A stretch of DNA of 64,000 bases from a virus. Each line of letters starts with the position of its first letter. Position 1 is the stretch's first letter. Below the pieces are notes generated by a model that was not told where the DNA came from, made no database searches, and saw only the letters and a list, made by a program, of their open reading frames with translations. Positions 28,837-38,489 of this stretch are shown here, in pieces. The translations under genes were made by a program, and so were the position numbers. The DNA lies in the IMG/VR virus record IMGVR_UViG_3300009181_000064, positions 7,229 through 71,228 of that record; one strand, 5' to 3'.

Positions 28837-30537
28837 ATGGCATTTCAGCTTTCACCCGGCGTACTAGTACAAGAAAAGGATTTAACTGCAATAGTCCCTT
28901 CTGTTGCTACTTCAGCTGGCGCATTCGCTGGCGCCTTCCAATGGGGACCTGTTGGAGAAGTTACCACCGTCGATTCAGAAAATAATTTAGTAAAATATTT
29001 CGGCGGACCCACTGATGCTACATATATATCATTTTTTACTGCAGCAAACTTTTTATCATATGGTAATAATCTACAGTTAGTTCGTGTTGTTAACGAGGCC
29101 GAAGCTAAAAACGCTGTCGCAAATGCATCAGCAACTAGCGCAGTATTAATTAAAAATTTAGACGACTATTTAAACACTAGATCTAGTGGAAATTATAATC
29201 TAGGTGAATTCGCAGCAAAATATCCAGGGGAATTGGGAAATTCATTGAAAGTTTCAATGGTAGATGCCAATACCTGGCCAAATTGGGCAAACACATATCA
29301 GGCAGATTTCAATTCTGCTCCAGGTACATCCACATATGCTAGTTCATTAAATGGTGTAAACGATGAGTTGCACGTTGCTGTTATTGACGAAGACGGACTA
29401 TGGACCGGCGTTAGAGGAACGGTAATAGAAAAGTTCCCATATGTATCTAAAGGTTCAGATGCAAAGAATTCTGACGGATCATCTAATTATTATAAAGATG
29501 TACTTAATAAAAAATCAGAATATATTTGGTCTATAGATCATCCAACGCTTGGCACAAATTGGGGAACTACTGTTCAAAGTAAAACATTCGCAAATTTAAG
29601 TTCAAATGTACAAGTCTCTTTATCAAACGGTAGAAGCGCAGCTGCTAATATTACCGCCGGTAATGTTATTGTAGGATTTAACTTATTCTCAAATGACGAG
29701 TTGTATGATGTTAGTTTAATACCATTGGGCGAATGGGGAAATGCAACCTCAGTTGTTAGCTCTGTTGTAAATATCGCAGAATCAAGAAAAGATTGTGTAG
29801 TATTCATATCTCCAGATATTACAGACGTAGTAAATGTATCCACCGCCGTACAAGCAAGCAATGTTGTTGATTTTAGAAATAACCAAATTAACGTAAATTC
29901 AAGCTATGCTGTTTTAGATTCAGGTTGGAAATATCAATATGACCGTTACAACGATAAATATCGTTGGGTACCGCTGAATGGTGACATTGCAGGGATATGC
30001 GCAAGAACAGATACAGTAGCAGAACCTTGGTTCAGCCCAGGTGGTTTTAATCGCGGCCAAATTAGAAATGTTGTTAGATTGGCATTTAATCCTTCAAAAA
30101 CTGACAGAGATACTCTATACAAAGCAGGCGTCAATCCTGTTGTAGCGTTCCCGGGTCAAGGCACAGTATTGTTTGGCGATAAAACATTGCAAACAAAGCC
30201 TAGTGCATTTGATAGAATCAATGTTCGTAGATTGTTTATTGTATTAGAAAAAGCAATTGCAACCGCATCAAAATTCCAATTATTCGAGTTTAATGATCCT
30301 TTCACAAGAGCACAATTTAGAAATCTAGTTGAACCATTCTTAAGAGATGTTCAAGGCCGTAGAGGCATTACAGATTTTAAAGTTGTTTGTGACGAAACAA
30401 ATAATACAGGCGACGTAATAGATAGAAACGAATTTAGAGCTGATATTTTTATCAAACCTGCTCGTGCTATTAACTTTATATCGTTGACATTTGTTGCCAC
30501 ACGCTCTGGCATTTCATTCGAAGAAGTCGGCGCTTAA
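28837..30537 (+). CDS. gp18: Tail sheath protein gp18
   Basis: MAFQLSPGV.V.E.DLT, F.WGP, WFSPGGFNRG, GDKT...SAFDRINVRRLF, FIKPARAINFI.LTFVATRSG..FEE. Confidence 0.97.
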   Translation: MAFQLSPGVLVQEKDLTAIVPSVATSAGAFAGAFQWGPVGEVTTVDSENNLVKYFGGPTDATYISFFTAANFLSYGNNLQLVRVVNEAEAKNAVANASATSAVLIKNLDDYLNTRSSGNYNLGEFAAKYPGELGNSLKVSMVDANTWPNWANTYQADFNSAPGTSTYASSLNGVNDELHVAVIDEDGLWTGVRGTVIEKFPYVSKGSDAKNSDGSSNYYKDVLNKKSEYIWSIDHPTLGTNWGTTVQSKTFANLSSNVQVSLSNGRSAAANITAGNVIVGFNLFSNDELYDVSLIPLGEWGNATSVVSSVVNIAESRKDCVVFISPDITDVVNVSTAVQASNVVDFRNNQINVNSSYAVLDSGWKYQYDRYNDKYRWVPLNGDIAGICARTDTVAEPWFSPGGFNRGQIRNVVRLAFNPSKTDRDTLYKAGVNPVVAFPGQGTVLFGDKTLQTKPSAFDRINVRRLFIVLEKAIATASKFQLFEFNDPFTRAQFRNLVEPFLRDVQGRRGITDFKVVCDETNNTGDVIDRNEFRADIFIKPARAINFISLTFVATRSGISFEEVGA

Positions 30538-30555
30538 TAACGGAGAATAACAAAA

Positions 30556-31119
30556 ATGGCAACAATAGTATCCCCTTTCAGTATTAATACTTTTAAAACA
30601 CAGCTAAAGAATGGTGGCGCACGTCCCAATCAATTCCAAGTTACAATTAATTTTCCAGCATTAGTTGCACAAAATACGGTATTGAACAGAGCATCTTCAT
30701 TTTTGGTAACAGTTGCAGAATTACCTGGTCAAACAATTGGAGTTACTCCTGTATATTACAGAGGCAGAGAACTTAAATTGGCCGGCGATAAAGTATTTGC
30801 TCCTTTTACTTGCACTGTGTTAAATGATACAGATTTTACCATTAGACAAGGTCTAGAAGAGTGGATGAATCTTATTGAAAACAATGCAACTAAATTTGGT
30901 GCAACAAACCCAGCCAATTATCAATGCACAATTAGTGTTGCACAATTGGATAGACAAGGTGCTGTATTAAGAGAGTATGAATTAACAGATGCTTTCCCAA
31001 CAGATATCTCACCAATTGGTTTAGATTTCTCTGCAAACGATCAATTATCGACCTTTGGTGCAACATTTCAATATCAACAATTTGCTTTTAGAAATGTTTC
31101 TGTCGGAACTAGACTATAA
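30556..31119 (+). CDS. gp19: Tail tube protein gp19
   Basis: GGARPNQF.V, A.LPG..IG...V.YRGR.LKLAGD..F, V.QLDR.G, FP..IS.I.L. Confidence 0.95.
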   Translation: MATIVSPFSINTFKTQLKNGGARPNQFQVTINFPALVAQNTVLNRASSFLVTVAELPGQTIGVTPVYYRGRELKLAGDKVFAPFTCTVLNDTDFTIRQGLEEWMNLIENNATKFGATNPANYQCTISVAQLDRQGAVLREYELTDAFPTDISPIGLDFSANDQLSTFGATFQYQQFAFRNVSVGTRL

Positions 31120-31163
31120 TAAATAGTTTATACTATGGACATTAACTTTTTGGAATTTAAATA

Positions 31164-32705
31164 ATGGCAATTAATTTATTTGGGTATACTATTACTCGAG
31201 GTGAAGATGTGAGTAAGATGGCACGGACACAATCGTTTGTGCCGCCTACTACTGACGATGGTACAGCAACGGTTCAGGGCGGCGGCTATTTTGGCACATA
31301 TCTTGAGATGGATGCTACTGCCAAATCAGAATCAGAGCTGATTACACGATATCGCGAAGCATCTATGTATGCTGATTGTTCTACAGCAATTGATGAAATT
31401 GTTACAGAAGCAATTGCAGCAGTTGACGATGAAGCAGCAGTACAACTTAATGTTGATGCACTTGATTTGCCCGATAATATTAAAAAGGCAATGCAAGATC
31501 AATTCAATACTATTGTGAGATTGCTTGGATTCAACCTTAAGGGGTTTGATATTTTTCGCAGATGGTATGTTGATGGTAGACTTTATTATCAAAAGATTAT
31601 TGACGAAAAGAATCCAAAACGTGGTATTATTGAGTTAAGACAAATTGATCCTCGTAAAATTCGCAAAGTTCGCGAAATTAAAAAGGATAAAGATCAAAAG
31701 ACAGGTATAGATTTAATTAAATCAATTGAAGAATTTTTCATTTATAATGAAAAAGGTATTAATTATCAACCAAATTATACTACAACTTCTCCTGGTAGTA
31801 ATCAGGGAATTAAAATTTCAACAGATTCAGTTAGTTATATTCCGTCGGGACTAAATGATTCTGAAAAAAATGTGGTACTGAGTTATTTGCACAAGGCAAT
31901 TAAACCGGTAAATCAACTAAAGATGATGGAAGATGCTTTGGTCATTTATAGATTGGCTAGAGCACCTGAAAGAAGAATATTTTATATTGACGTTGGCAAT
32001 TTGCCAAAGTTAAAAGCTGAGCAATATCTAAAAGATATTATGGCTCGGTATCGTAATAAGATTGTTTATGATTCTGCCACAGGCGAAATCAGAGATGATC
32101 GTAAATTTATGTCAATGCTTGAAGACTTTTGGTTGCCTCGTAGAGAAGGTGGGCGTGGTACTGAAATTACCACATTGCCAGGTGGCGAAAACCTGGGTCA
32201 GATTGATGATATTAATTATTTTCAGAATAAACTATATCAGGCATTGAATGTTCCCCTATCAAGAATGCAACCTCAACAGGGTATTTCATTTGGTAGAGCA
32301 ACAGAGATTACTCGTGATGAATTAAAATTTGCTAAATTTGTAGGAAGACTTCGCAAGAAATTTAGCATGTTATTCAATGATATTTTAAAGACACAGCTAA
32401 TCTTAACAGGTGTAATTACCGAACAAGATTGGGTAGAGTTAAAAGAACATATTCAATATAAATTTGCTCAAGATCAGTATTTTGAAGAAATAAAAGATGC
32501 AGAAAATTTACGCAATCGTATTGATTTGGTAAATCAGATGCAACCCTTTGTTGGAACTTATTTTAGTAAAGCCTATATAATGAAAAGTGTATTGCGATTT
32601 ACTGATGAAGAAATTGAAACAATGGAATCGCAGATTGAATCGGAACCTGCACCCGAAATTGGAGTGGACGGACAACCAGTTCAGCCGCCTATAAATAATC
32701 AATAG
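31164..32705 (+). CDS. gp20: Portal protein gp20
   Basis: WYVDGR, SYLHKAIKP.NQL.MMEDALVIYR..RAPERRIFYIDVGNLPK.KAEQY, EDFWLPRREGGRGTEITTLPGG.NLG. Confidence 0.97.
   Translation: MAINLFGYTITRGEDVSKMARTQSFVPPTTDDGTATVQGGGYFGTYLEMDATAKSESELITRYREASMYADCSTAIDEIVTEAIAAVDDEAAVQLNVDALDLPDNIKKAMQDQFNTIVRLLGFNLKGFDIFRRWYVDGRLYYQKIIDEKNPKRGIIELRQIDPRKIRKVREIKKDKDQKTGIDLIKSIEEFFIYNEKGINYQPNYTTTSPGSNQGIKISTDSVSYIPSGLNDSEKNVVLSYLHKAIKPVNQLKMMEDALVIYRLARAPERRIFYIDVGNLPKLKAEQYLKDIMARYRNKIVYDSATGEIRDDRKFMSMLEDFWLPRREGGRGTEITTLPGGENLGQIDDINYFQNKLYQALNVPLSRMQPQQGISFGRATEITRDELKFAKFVGRLRKKFSMLFNDILKTQLILTGVITEQDWVELKEHIQYKFAQDQYFEEIKDAENLRNRIDLVNQMQPFVGTYFSKAYIMKSVLRFTDEEIETMESQIESEPAPEIGVDGQPVQPPINNQ
32690..32697 (+). 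promoter_or_regulatory. T4-type late promoter
   Basis: TATAAATA at the end of gp20, ahead of the prohead core genes. Confidence 0.7.
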
Positions 32706-32716
32706 GAGTAAAAATT

Positions 32717-32887
32717 ATGGATACATCAGAAGTTCTTAGACACATGGTAGACGACATTCTTGCAGATCGCTCGAATGACGCTGTTAATAGATTCAACGAT
32801 GCCTTGGGATTTAAATTATCCGCTGCATTGGATGATAAAAAACAAGAAATTGCCTCAAGCATAGGTAAGGAAAATGAAGAAGTTTAA
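32717..32887 (+). CDS. Small prohead core protein (gp67-like position)
   Basis: Read by hand: SD AGGAG, MDTSEVLRHMVDDILADRSNDAVNRFNDALGFKLSAALDDKKQEIASSIGKENEEV* (56 aa), directly after the portal gene. Confidence 0.65.
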   Translation: MDTSEVLRHMVDDILADRSNDAVNRFNDALGFKLSAALDDKKQEIASSIGKENEEV

Positions 32888-34145
32888 CTCACTAAGATTA
32901 GAATTAGCAGAAAAAACTCTTACTCCCGCTGAAAAGAAAAAGCGAGAGGAAATTGCCATGGCTATGGAGCGTGAGAATCCAGGTATGCCAATGGCTAAAA
33001 AGATGGCAATTGCCACGGCAGCTGCTAAAAGAGTTGCCGAAGAAAATCTTGATGAATTAAAATCTTCCACATTAACATCTTATATTGATAAAGTTGCAAC
33101 AGGCCCTTCTAGAGGCAATAAGAACATAAAAGCAATTGGCGGAGTAACAACTGCTATTCGTAAAAGAGCTGAAAATGAAAATCCACCATTTGAACCAAAT
33201 GTTCCTACCGGTGAAAGAAAAGATCAATTTGGAAATACTATTAAAAATGTAGCAAAACACTTGGCTAAACAAGGTATGAAAAGTGTTACTGAAGAAATTA
33301 AAACAACGCATGAAGATCCTTTAGTGGTTACAAGAGATTCTGAGGGCAATATTCATACTCATGCCAATTTATCTGTTGCCAATGCTATTCATGGTACAGA
33401 TGTTAAACATCAAGCCATTCATACCGGTATGCCAGTACAAGCAGGTAAGTTCACATTTGAATTATCCAAGCATCATGCCGCAGAAGTTAAAGAAGCCAAA
33501 GAAAAAAGCGAATATGATTACGAAGGCGACATGGCCCGTGGTCAATTACAAAGTATTATCATGAATGCTCAAAGAGTACATGATATGTTAAAAGACAATG
33601 ACAATCTTCCTGAATGGGTTCAATCAAAGATTACTCTTGCAGAAGATTATATTTCAACTGTTTCAAATTATATGGCGAGTGAAATTGATGAGATGCATTT
33701 ATCTTTTGGTTCACATGATAAAAAGCCTGTTCCTGTAACATCTAAATTGGCAGATATGAAAAAATATTTTGCAACTAATGATAAAGATCAGATAAAGCAA
33801 AAAATTACAGGAAAAAAATTCCACGATATGTCTGAATATGAGGCATGGATGAAATCAAATAAAACAAAGAGTGCAATGCAAGTTGCATCGTTTGAACAAG
33901 ATGCAGACAAAAGTATTGAGGAAGCATCCCACACATTTGAACCGGTAAAAAATCAAGGTCTTGTAAAGAACAATCGAGGGCATTCTTTTGTAGGCAATAC
34001 ATATAATGCTAAGGGATTAAAAGGCGCAAGCATTTATAAGCATAAAGAAACAGGTAAATATTATGCTAATAAAGTAACATCAAATACTACGTATCACGAT
34101 AGCGCTGAAAAAGCGGCCGAAAAATACCATAGTAAAGCAAAATAA
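32874..34145 (+). CDS. Prohead core / internal head protein, modular
   Basis: Charged 423 aa ORF between portal and protease; blocks LTPAEKKKREEIA..M and EYDYEGDMARGQL...LPEWVQSKITLAEDY, separated by (L/I/V)xE sites. Confidence 0.55.
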   Translation: MKKFNSLRLELAEKTLTPAEKKKREEIAMAMERENPGMPMAKKMAIATAAAKRVAEENLDELKSSTLTSYIDKVATGPSRGNKNIKAIGGVTTAIRKRAENENPPFEPNVPTGERKDQFGNTIKNVAKHLAKQGMKSVTEEIKTTHEDPLVVTRDSEGNIHTHANLSVANAIHGTDVKHQAIHTGMPVQAGKFTFELSKHHAAEVKEAKEKSEYDYEGDMARGQLQSIIMNAQRVHDMLKDNDNLPEWVQSKITLAEDYISTVSNYMASEIDEMHLSFGSHDKKPVPVTSKLADMKKYFATNDKDQIKQKITGKKFHDMSEYEAWMKSNKTKSAMQVASFEQDADKSIEEASHTFEPVKNQGLVKNNRGHSFVGNTYNAKGLKGASIYKHKETGKYYANKVTSNTTYHDSAEKAAEKYHSKAK

Positions 34146-34157
34146 TAAGAGGATAAA

Positions 34158-34577
34158 ATGCCGGTAACAAAAACAATTCTTAAGAATGTTAGACAACAAG
34201 CAGTTGTTAAATTTATAGGTAGCGGATATGGCAATATAGATTTACGCGCAGACCTAACTCAAAATTCGGAAACATTCCAAGGGTTTGCTAACACCAATGT
34301 AACAATTAAAACTGTTATGTGGAGCACCACAGATTCTGTAAGTTCACCTATTTTAATTCAACGTGGTGTTAATGCCACAGTTGCAACCAATGTAATGATA
34401 TTGTACGGAGGCGCATCATCCTGGGACTTGGCACAAGAATCCGGATTTGTTGACAATGCAAATGCAGATTCAAATGTAACAGTGTTTATTCCCCCAGCTG
34501 GTGGAATGGTATATATGGTATTGGGTAAAACATCAGGATATTTAGGTCCCCAATTAAACGCCCTATCACCTAATTAA
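34158..34577 (+). CDS. Hypothetical head-associated protein
   Basis: 139 aa with SD GAGGA, immediately upstream of gp21. Confidence 0.55.
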   Translation: MPVTKTILKNVRQQAVVKFIGSGYGNIDLRADLTQNSETFQGFANTNVTIKTVMWSTTDSVSSPILIQRGVNATVATNVMILYGGASSWDLAQESGFVDNANADSNVTVFIPPAGGMVYMVLGKTSGYLGPQLNALSPN

Positions 34578-34591
34578 TACGGAGAAATAAA

Positions 34592-35242
34592 ATGAGATTA
34601 ATTACAGAAGCCGCACACGATATTACGTATATTGTAGAAGATAAACAATCTGGCGGCAAAAATGTCTTTATTGAAGGCATCTTTATGCAAACAGAAGTAC
34701 CTAACCGAAATGGTCGTTTATACAAGCGCGACATTATGGAAAAAGAATTAACTCGTTATCAGAAATTGATTGACGAAAAAAGATCATTGGGTGAATTAGG
34801 TCATCCAGCAAATCCAACATTAAATTTGGATAAAGTATCTCACCTTATTGAAAGCCTTCGATTCGACGGCAATAATGTAATTGGTAGAGCAAAGATTTTA
34901 GAAACTCCAATGGGCAACATTGCTCGCAGTTTGCTTGATGCAGGTGCGGGCCTTGGTGTTTCTTCTAGAGGTTTGGGTTCACTAAAAATGAACAAAGAGG
35001 GTGTTAATGAAGTTCAGGATGATTTTCATCTTGCAACTGTAGACATTGTAGCAGATCCTTCCGCACATGATGCTTATGTCCAAGGCATTTATGAGTCTGC
35101 AGATTGGATTTGTGAAAATGGTCTGTGGAAAGCTGTTGATATCGAAAGAGCACAACAAACATTAAAGGGCGCATCTAAAGGACAGTTAGAATCTGTTAAA
35201 CTAAAGATGTTTGAAGAGTTTATGTCTAGAATGTCTAGATAA
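34592..35242 (+). CDS. gp21: Prohead protease gp21
   Basis: IEGIFMQ.E..NRNGR.Y, LGELGHP, LGVSSRG.GSL, DIVADPSA.DAYV.GI.E. Confidence 0.97.
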   Translation: MRLITEAAHDITYIVEDKQSGGKNVFIEGIFMQTEVPNRNGRLYKRDIMEKELTRYQKLIDEKRSLGELGHPANPTLNLDKVSHLIESLRFDGNNVIGRAKILETPMGNIARSLLDAGAGLGVSSRGLGSLKMNKEGVNEVQDDFHLATVDIVADPSAHDAYVQGIYESADWICENGLWKAVDIERAQQTLKGASKGQLESVKLKMFEEFMSRMSR

Positions 35243-35249
35243 TCAAACT

Positions 35250-35257
35250 TATAAATA
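35250..35257 (+). promoter_or_regulatory. T4-type late promoter
   Basis: TATAAATA upstream of gp22. Confidence 0.78.
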
Positions 35258-35286
35258 ATTTGAAACAATCCATTTAGGAGACACTA

Positions 35287-36429
35287 ATGTCAGTAGAAAG
35301 CAAAATTAAACAATTGCTAGAGCGTGTAGATGCGAAATCTAGCCTAGAAGAAGCAGACGCTATGGGTGCAGCTAAAGGTAAAGATACCTCTATCAAAGCA
35401 GCTAATGGCGGTGATGCTTCCCAACCAAAACAAGGTAGTTCTGAAGACGCAAGTTACGAAGAGCGCCATGAAGATGATGAAAACCAAGGCGCTATTGCAG
35501 CCAAAGGTATTAATCAAAATACCATTAAGATGAAGGGTCCTGTTGGTGCCGCCCCTAACTTCCAAACAGTTGGTGACCCTACTTCCGCAGTAAATCAACC
35601 CAACTCTTCAGGTAATGTTCCTGTTGGTGAAGAAGAAGAAGTTGACGGCGAAGTAATTGTAGAGGAAGATGAAGAAATTCAAGCTTCTACAGCAATTGAC
35701 TTATCCCCAATTTTTGGCGATGATCTCTCAGAAGATTTCAAAGCTAAAGCAACATCTATTTTTGAAGCAGCAGTTATTGCTCGCGTAAATTCAGAAATGG
35801 ATAAAGTCGCATCATCTCTAGAAGAGAAGTATGCCGATGATGTTGCAGAATACAAAGACGGTATCGTCGAAAAGATTGATTCATATCTCAACTATGTTGT
35901 TGAGAATTGGATGAAAGAAAATGAATTGGCCTTGGAAAATGGTCTTCGCACTGAGATTGCTGAAGACTTTATGTCTGGCCTAAAAGTACTATTCAAAGAG
36001 CACTACATCGAAGTGCCTGAAGAGAAATACGATGTAATCGGTGAACTACAAGCCAAAGCTGCAGAACTCGAAGCAAAACTCGACGAAGCGATTGGCAGCA
36101 ATGTAGACCTTAACAAAGAAGTCACTTCTTTAAAGCGTCAAGCAGTTGTAGAAGAATTGTCCAAGGATTTGGCTGATACAGAAGCTGCAAAATTGGGCAA
36201 GCTATTAGAGGGTGTTGATTATGAAAATGAAGATCTTTACAGAGAGAAAGTTTCTGTAATTAAAGATAATTATTTTCCAAAGAATGCAGTAACAGAAAGC
36301 GTATCGCAATCTGTTCAAGCACAACAGACTTTAACAGAAGAGACAGATGTTCCAACTAACTTTACAGATGGTTCATCAGTAGTTTCTGCATATGCTAAAG
36401 CACTTTCAAGATCAATTAAAAGAGCGTAA
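35287..36429 (+). CDS. gp22: Prohead scaffold protein gp22
   Basis: Acidic coiled coil with LSEDFK.KA..IFEAAV, D.YLNYVVENWM.ENELA.E.GLR.EIAE.F..GLK.LF.EHYI.VPEEK. Confidence 0.95.
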   Translation: MSVESKIKQLLERVDAKSSLEEADAMGAAKGKDTSIKAANGGDASQPKQGSSEDASYEERHEDDENQGAIAAKGINQNTIKMKGPVGAAPNFQTVGDPTSAVNQPNSSGNVPVGEEEEVDGEVIVEEDEEIQASTAIDLSPIFGDDLSEDFKAKATSIFEAAVIARVNSEMDKVASSLEEKYADDVAEYKDGIVEKIDSYLNYVVENWMKENELALENGLRTEIAEDFMSGLKVLFKEHYIEVPEEKYDVIGELQAKAAELEAKLDEAIGSNVDLNKEVTSLKRQAVVEELSKDLADTEAAKLGKLLEGVDYENEDLYREKVSVIKDNYFPKNAVTESVSQSVQAQQTLTEETDVPTNFTDGSSVVSAYAKALSRSIKRA

Positions 36430-36458
36430 TTTTACGACATTCCATCAAGGAGAAAAAA

Positions 36459-37772
36459 ATGTTTTTATCTGAAAACTTACAACAAAAATGGCAAGCCATT
36501 TTAGAGCACCCTGATCTTCCAGAGATCAAGGATTCATACAAGCGTGCAGTTACATCTGTATTGTTAGAGAACCAAGAGCGTTCACTACGTGAAGAGCGTA
36601 GCGCAATGTTTGAGGCAGCTCCAGCAAACAACATTAGCGCAACAAGCGGTATTGACAAGTATGACCCGATCATGATCGGCCTAGTACGTCGTGCAATGCC
36701 TAACCTAATGGCTTATGACATCTGCGGCGTTCAACCAATGACTGGCCCAACAGGCTTGATCTTCGCAATGCGTTCTACATATGCAGGTGCTCGTACACCT
36801 TCAACAAGAGCAGAAGCATTGTTTAATGAAGCTAATACAGCATTCTCCGGTACAGGCGTTGCACAAACACCAGCACCAGGAACTACTTTAGATCCTACAG
36901 GTACATTCACTTCCACAACTGCTGGCGGTGTAGCAACAGCAGACGCTGAAGCATTGGGTACTTCTGGTAGCCCAGCATTTAACGAAATGTCTTTCTCAAT
37001 TGACAAGACAACAGTTACTGCAAAATCACGTGCATTGAAGGCTGAGTACACAGTTGAATTGGCACAAGACTTGAAGGCTATTCATGGTCTTGACGCTGAA
37101 GCAGAATTATCAAACATCTTGTCACAAGAATTTATGTTTGAAATTAATCGCGAAGTTGTTCGTACAATTTACAAAGTTGCTAAGCCAGGTTCACCAGCTA
37201 CAGCAACTGCAGGCACATTTGACTTAGACGTTGACTCTAATGGACGTTGGTCTGTTGAGCGTTTCAAAGGTCTATTGTTTAACATTGAACGTGATGCTAA
37301 CCACATTGCTCAAGACACACGTCGTGGTAAAGGTAACTTCATCGTTTGCTCTGCAGACGTTGCAAGCGCATTAGCTATGTCAGGTGTTCTAGACTACACT
37401 CCAGCTTTAAGCACAAACTTAAATGTTGATGACACAGGCAACACTTTCGCAGGTGTATTGAATGGCCGTTATAGAGTTTACATTGATCCGTATTCCAGCA
37501 ACCTAGGTGCAGCAAATCAGTTCTACATGGTTGGTTATAAGGGTTCTTCTCCTTATGACGCAGGTATGTTCTATTGCCCATATGTTCCTCTACAAATGGT
37601 TCGCGCAGTTGATCCTAACAGCTTCCAACCAAAGATTGGTTTCAAGACACGTTATGGTTTAATTGCTAACCCATATGTTGTACAATCAGACGGTTATACA
37701 AATGATGCTGACACATTTACAGCTAACCGTAATCAGTACTATCGTCGTACACGCGTAGTGAACTTAATGTAA
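36459..37772 (+). CDS. gp23: Major capsid protein gp23
   Basis: LVRRAMPNL.AYDICGVQPM.GPTGLIFAMRS, SRALKAEYT.ELAQDLKAIHGLDAEAEL.NILS, FYCPYVPL, FQPKIGFKTRYG. Confidence 0.99.
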   Translation: MFLSENLQQKWQAILEHPDLPEIKDSYKRAVTSVLLENQERSLREERSAMFEAAPANNISATSGIDKYDPIMIGLVRRAMPNLMAYDICGVQPMTGPTGLIFAMRSTYAGARTPSTRAEALFNEANTAFSGTGVAQTPAPGTTLDPTGTFTSTTAGGVATADAEALGTSGSPAFNEMSFSIDKTTVTAKSRALKAEYTVELAQDLKAIHGLDAEAELSNILSQEFMFEINREVVRTIYKVAKPGSPATATAGTFDLDVDSNGRWSVERFKGLLFNIERDANHIAQDTRRGKGNFIVCSADVASALAMSGVLDYTPALSTNLNVDDTGNTFAGVLNGRYRVYIDPYSSNLGAANQFYMVGYKGSSPYDAGMFYCPYVPLQMVRAVDPNSFQPKIGFKTRYGLIANPYVVQSDGYTNDADTFTANRNQYYRRTRVVNLM

Positions 37773-37823
37773 TTTTTATATTAGATAAGTCGGCATTAAG
37801 ATCGGCACAGTCATAGACTGTTT

Positions 37824-37852
37824 AAAAGGGGGAAGAAATTCCCCCTTTTTTT
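37824..37852 (+). terminator. Rho-independent terminator after gp23
   Basis: AAAAGGGGGAA-GAAA-TTCCCCCTTTTTTT hairpin with U tract. Confidence 0.9.
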
Positions 37853-37856
37853 GCCT

Positions 37857-37864
37857 TATAAATA
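37857..37864 (+). promoter_or_regulatory. T4-type late promoter
   Basis: TATAAATA just after the terminator, upstream of gp3. Confidence 0.78.
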
Positions 37865-37887
37865 TTAATGTTAGCAAAGGATGTTAA

Positions 37888-38472
37888 ATGTATACCTCAA
37901 ACATAGATGTATTAGCAAACAATTATTCAGATTCTCTTCCAAAGACTTATAATTTTTTAAGACCGAACGCCTTTAAGTTCTCGGTTAAAGATTTGCCAAA
38001 TACTTCTTTTACTTGTCAATCGGCAAATTTGCCACAATTGGCATTGGGATTTGCATCACAACCTACACCCTTTGTTGACGTTCCTCGTATTGGTGATAAA
38101 TTGGAATTCGGAGAATTCACTATTAGATTCATTATAGCCGAAGATATGTCAAATTATTTAGAATTATATAGATGGTTGGTAGCACTTGGATTTCCTAAAG
38201 ATTATTCGCAGTTTGGACAATTTGTTAATAGTCGACCAAGTGCATTTCCAATGATCATGAATTCTAGAGGAGAGCAAGAGCTTTTGGCATACTCGGATGG
38301 TACTTTAACGATTTTAGACTCGACAAATACCCCTAAAGTAAATATAATATATAAAGACATATTCCCAGTGTCTTTAGAAGCTTTGGATTTTGATATAGCT
38401 TCGGCAAGCGTTGAATATTTTACAGCAATTGCTTCATTTAAATATACCCTGTTTGAGGTGGAGCAACTTTAA
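37888..38472 (+). CDS. gp3: Tail completion protein gp3
   Basis: NFLRPN.FKF, F.CQSANLP, GDKL.F..F.IRF...EDM.NY.E.Y.W, SD.TL.IL.S.N, FP.SL..L.F. Confidence 0.88.
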   Translation: MYTSNIDVLANNYSDSLPKTYNFLRPNAFKFSVKDLPNTSFTCQSANLPQLALGFASQPTPFVDVPRIGDKLEFGEFTIRFIIAEDMSNYLELYRWLVALGFPKDYSQFGQFVNSRPSAFPMIMNSRGEQELLAYSDGTLTILDSTNTPKVNIIYKDIFPVSLEALDFDIASASVEYFTAIASFKYTLFEVEQL

Positions 38473-38489
38473 TTAACTATGGAGATTTT

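Noticed and set aside
12239-30537. Frequent N-x-S/T sequons in virion proteins as evidence of N-glycosylation
   Set aside because: A hand count in gp8 gave about 11, close to what its high Asn/Ser/Thr content predicts, so enrichment is not shown.
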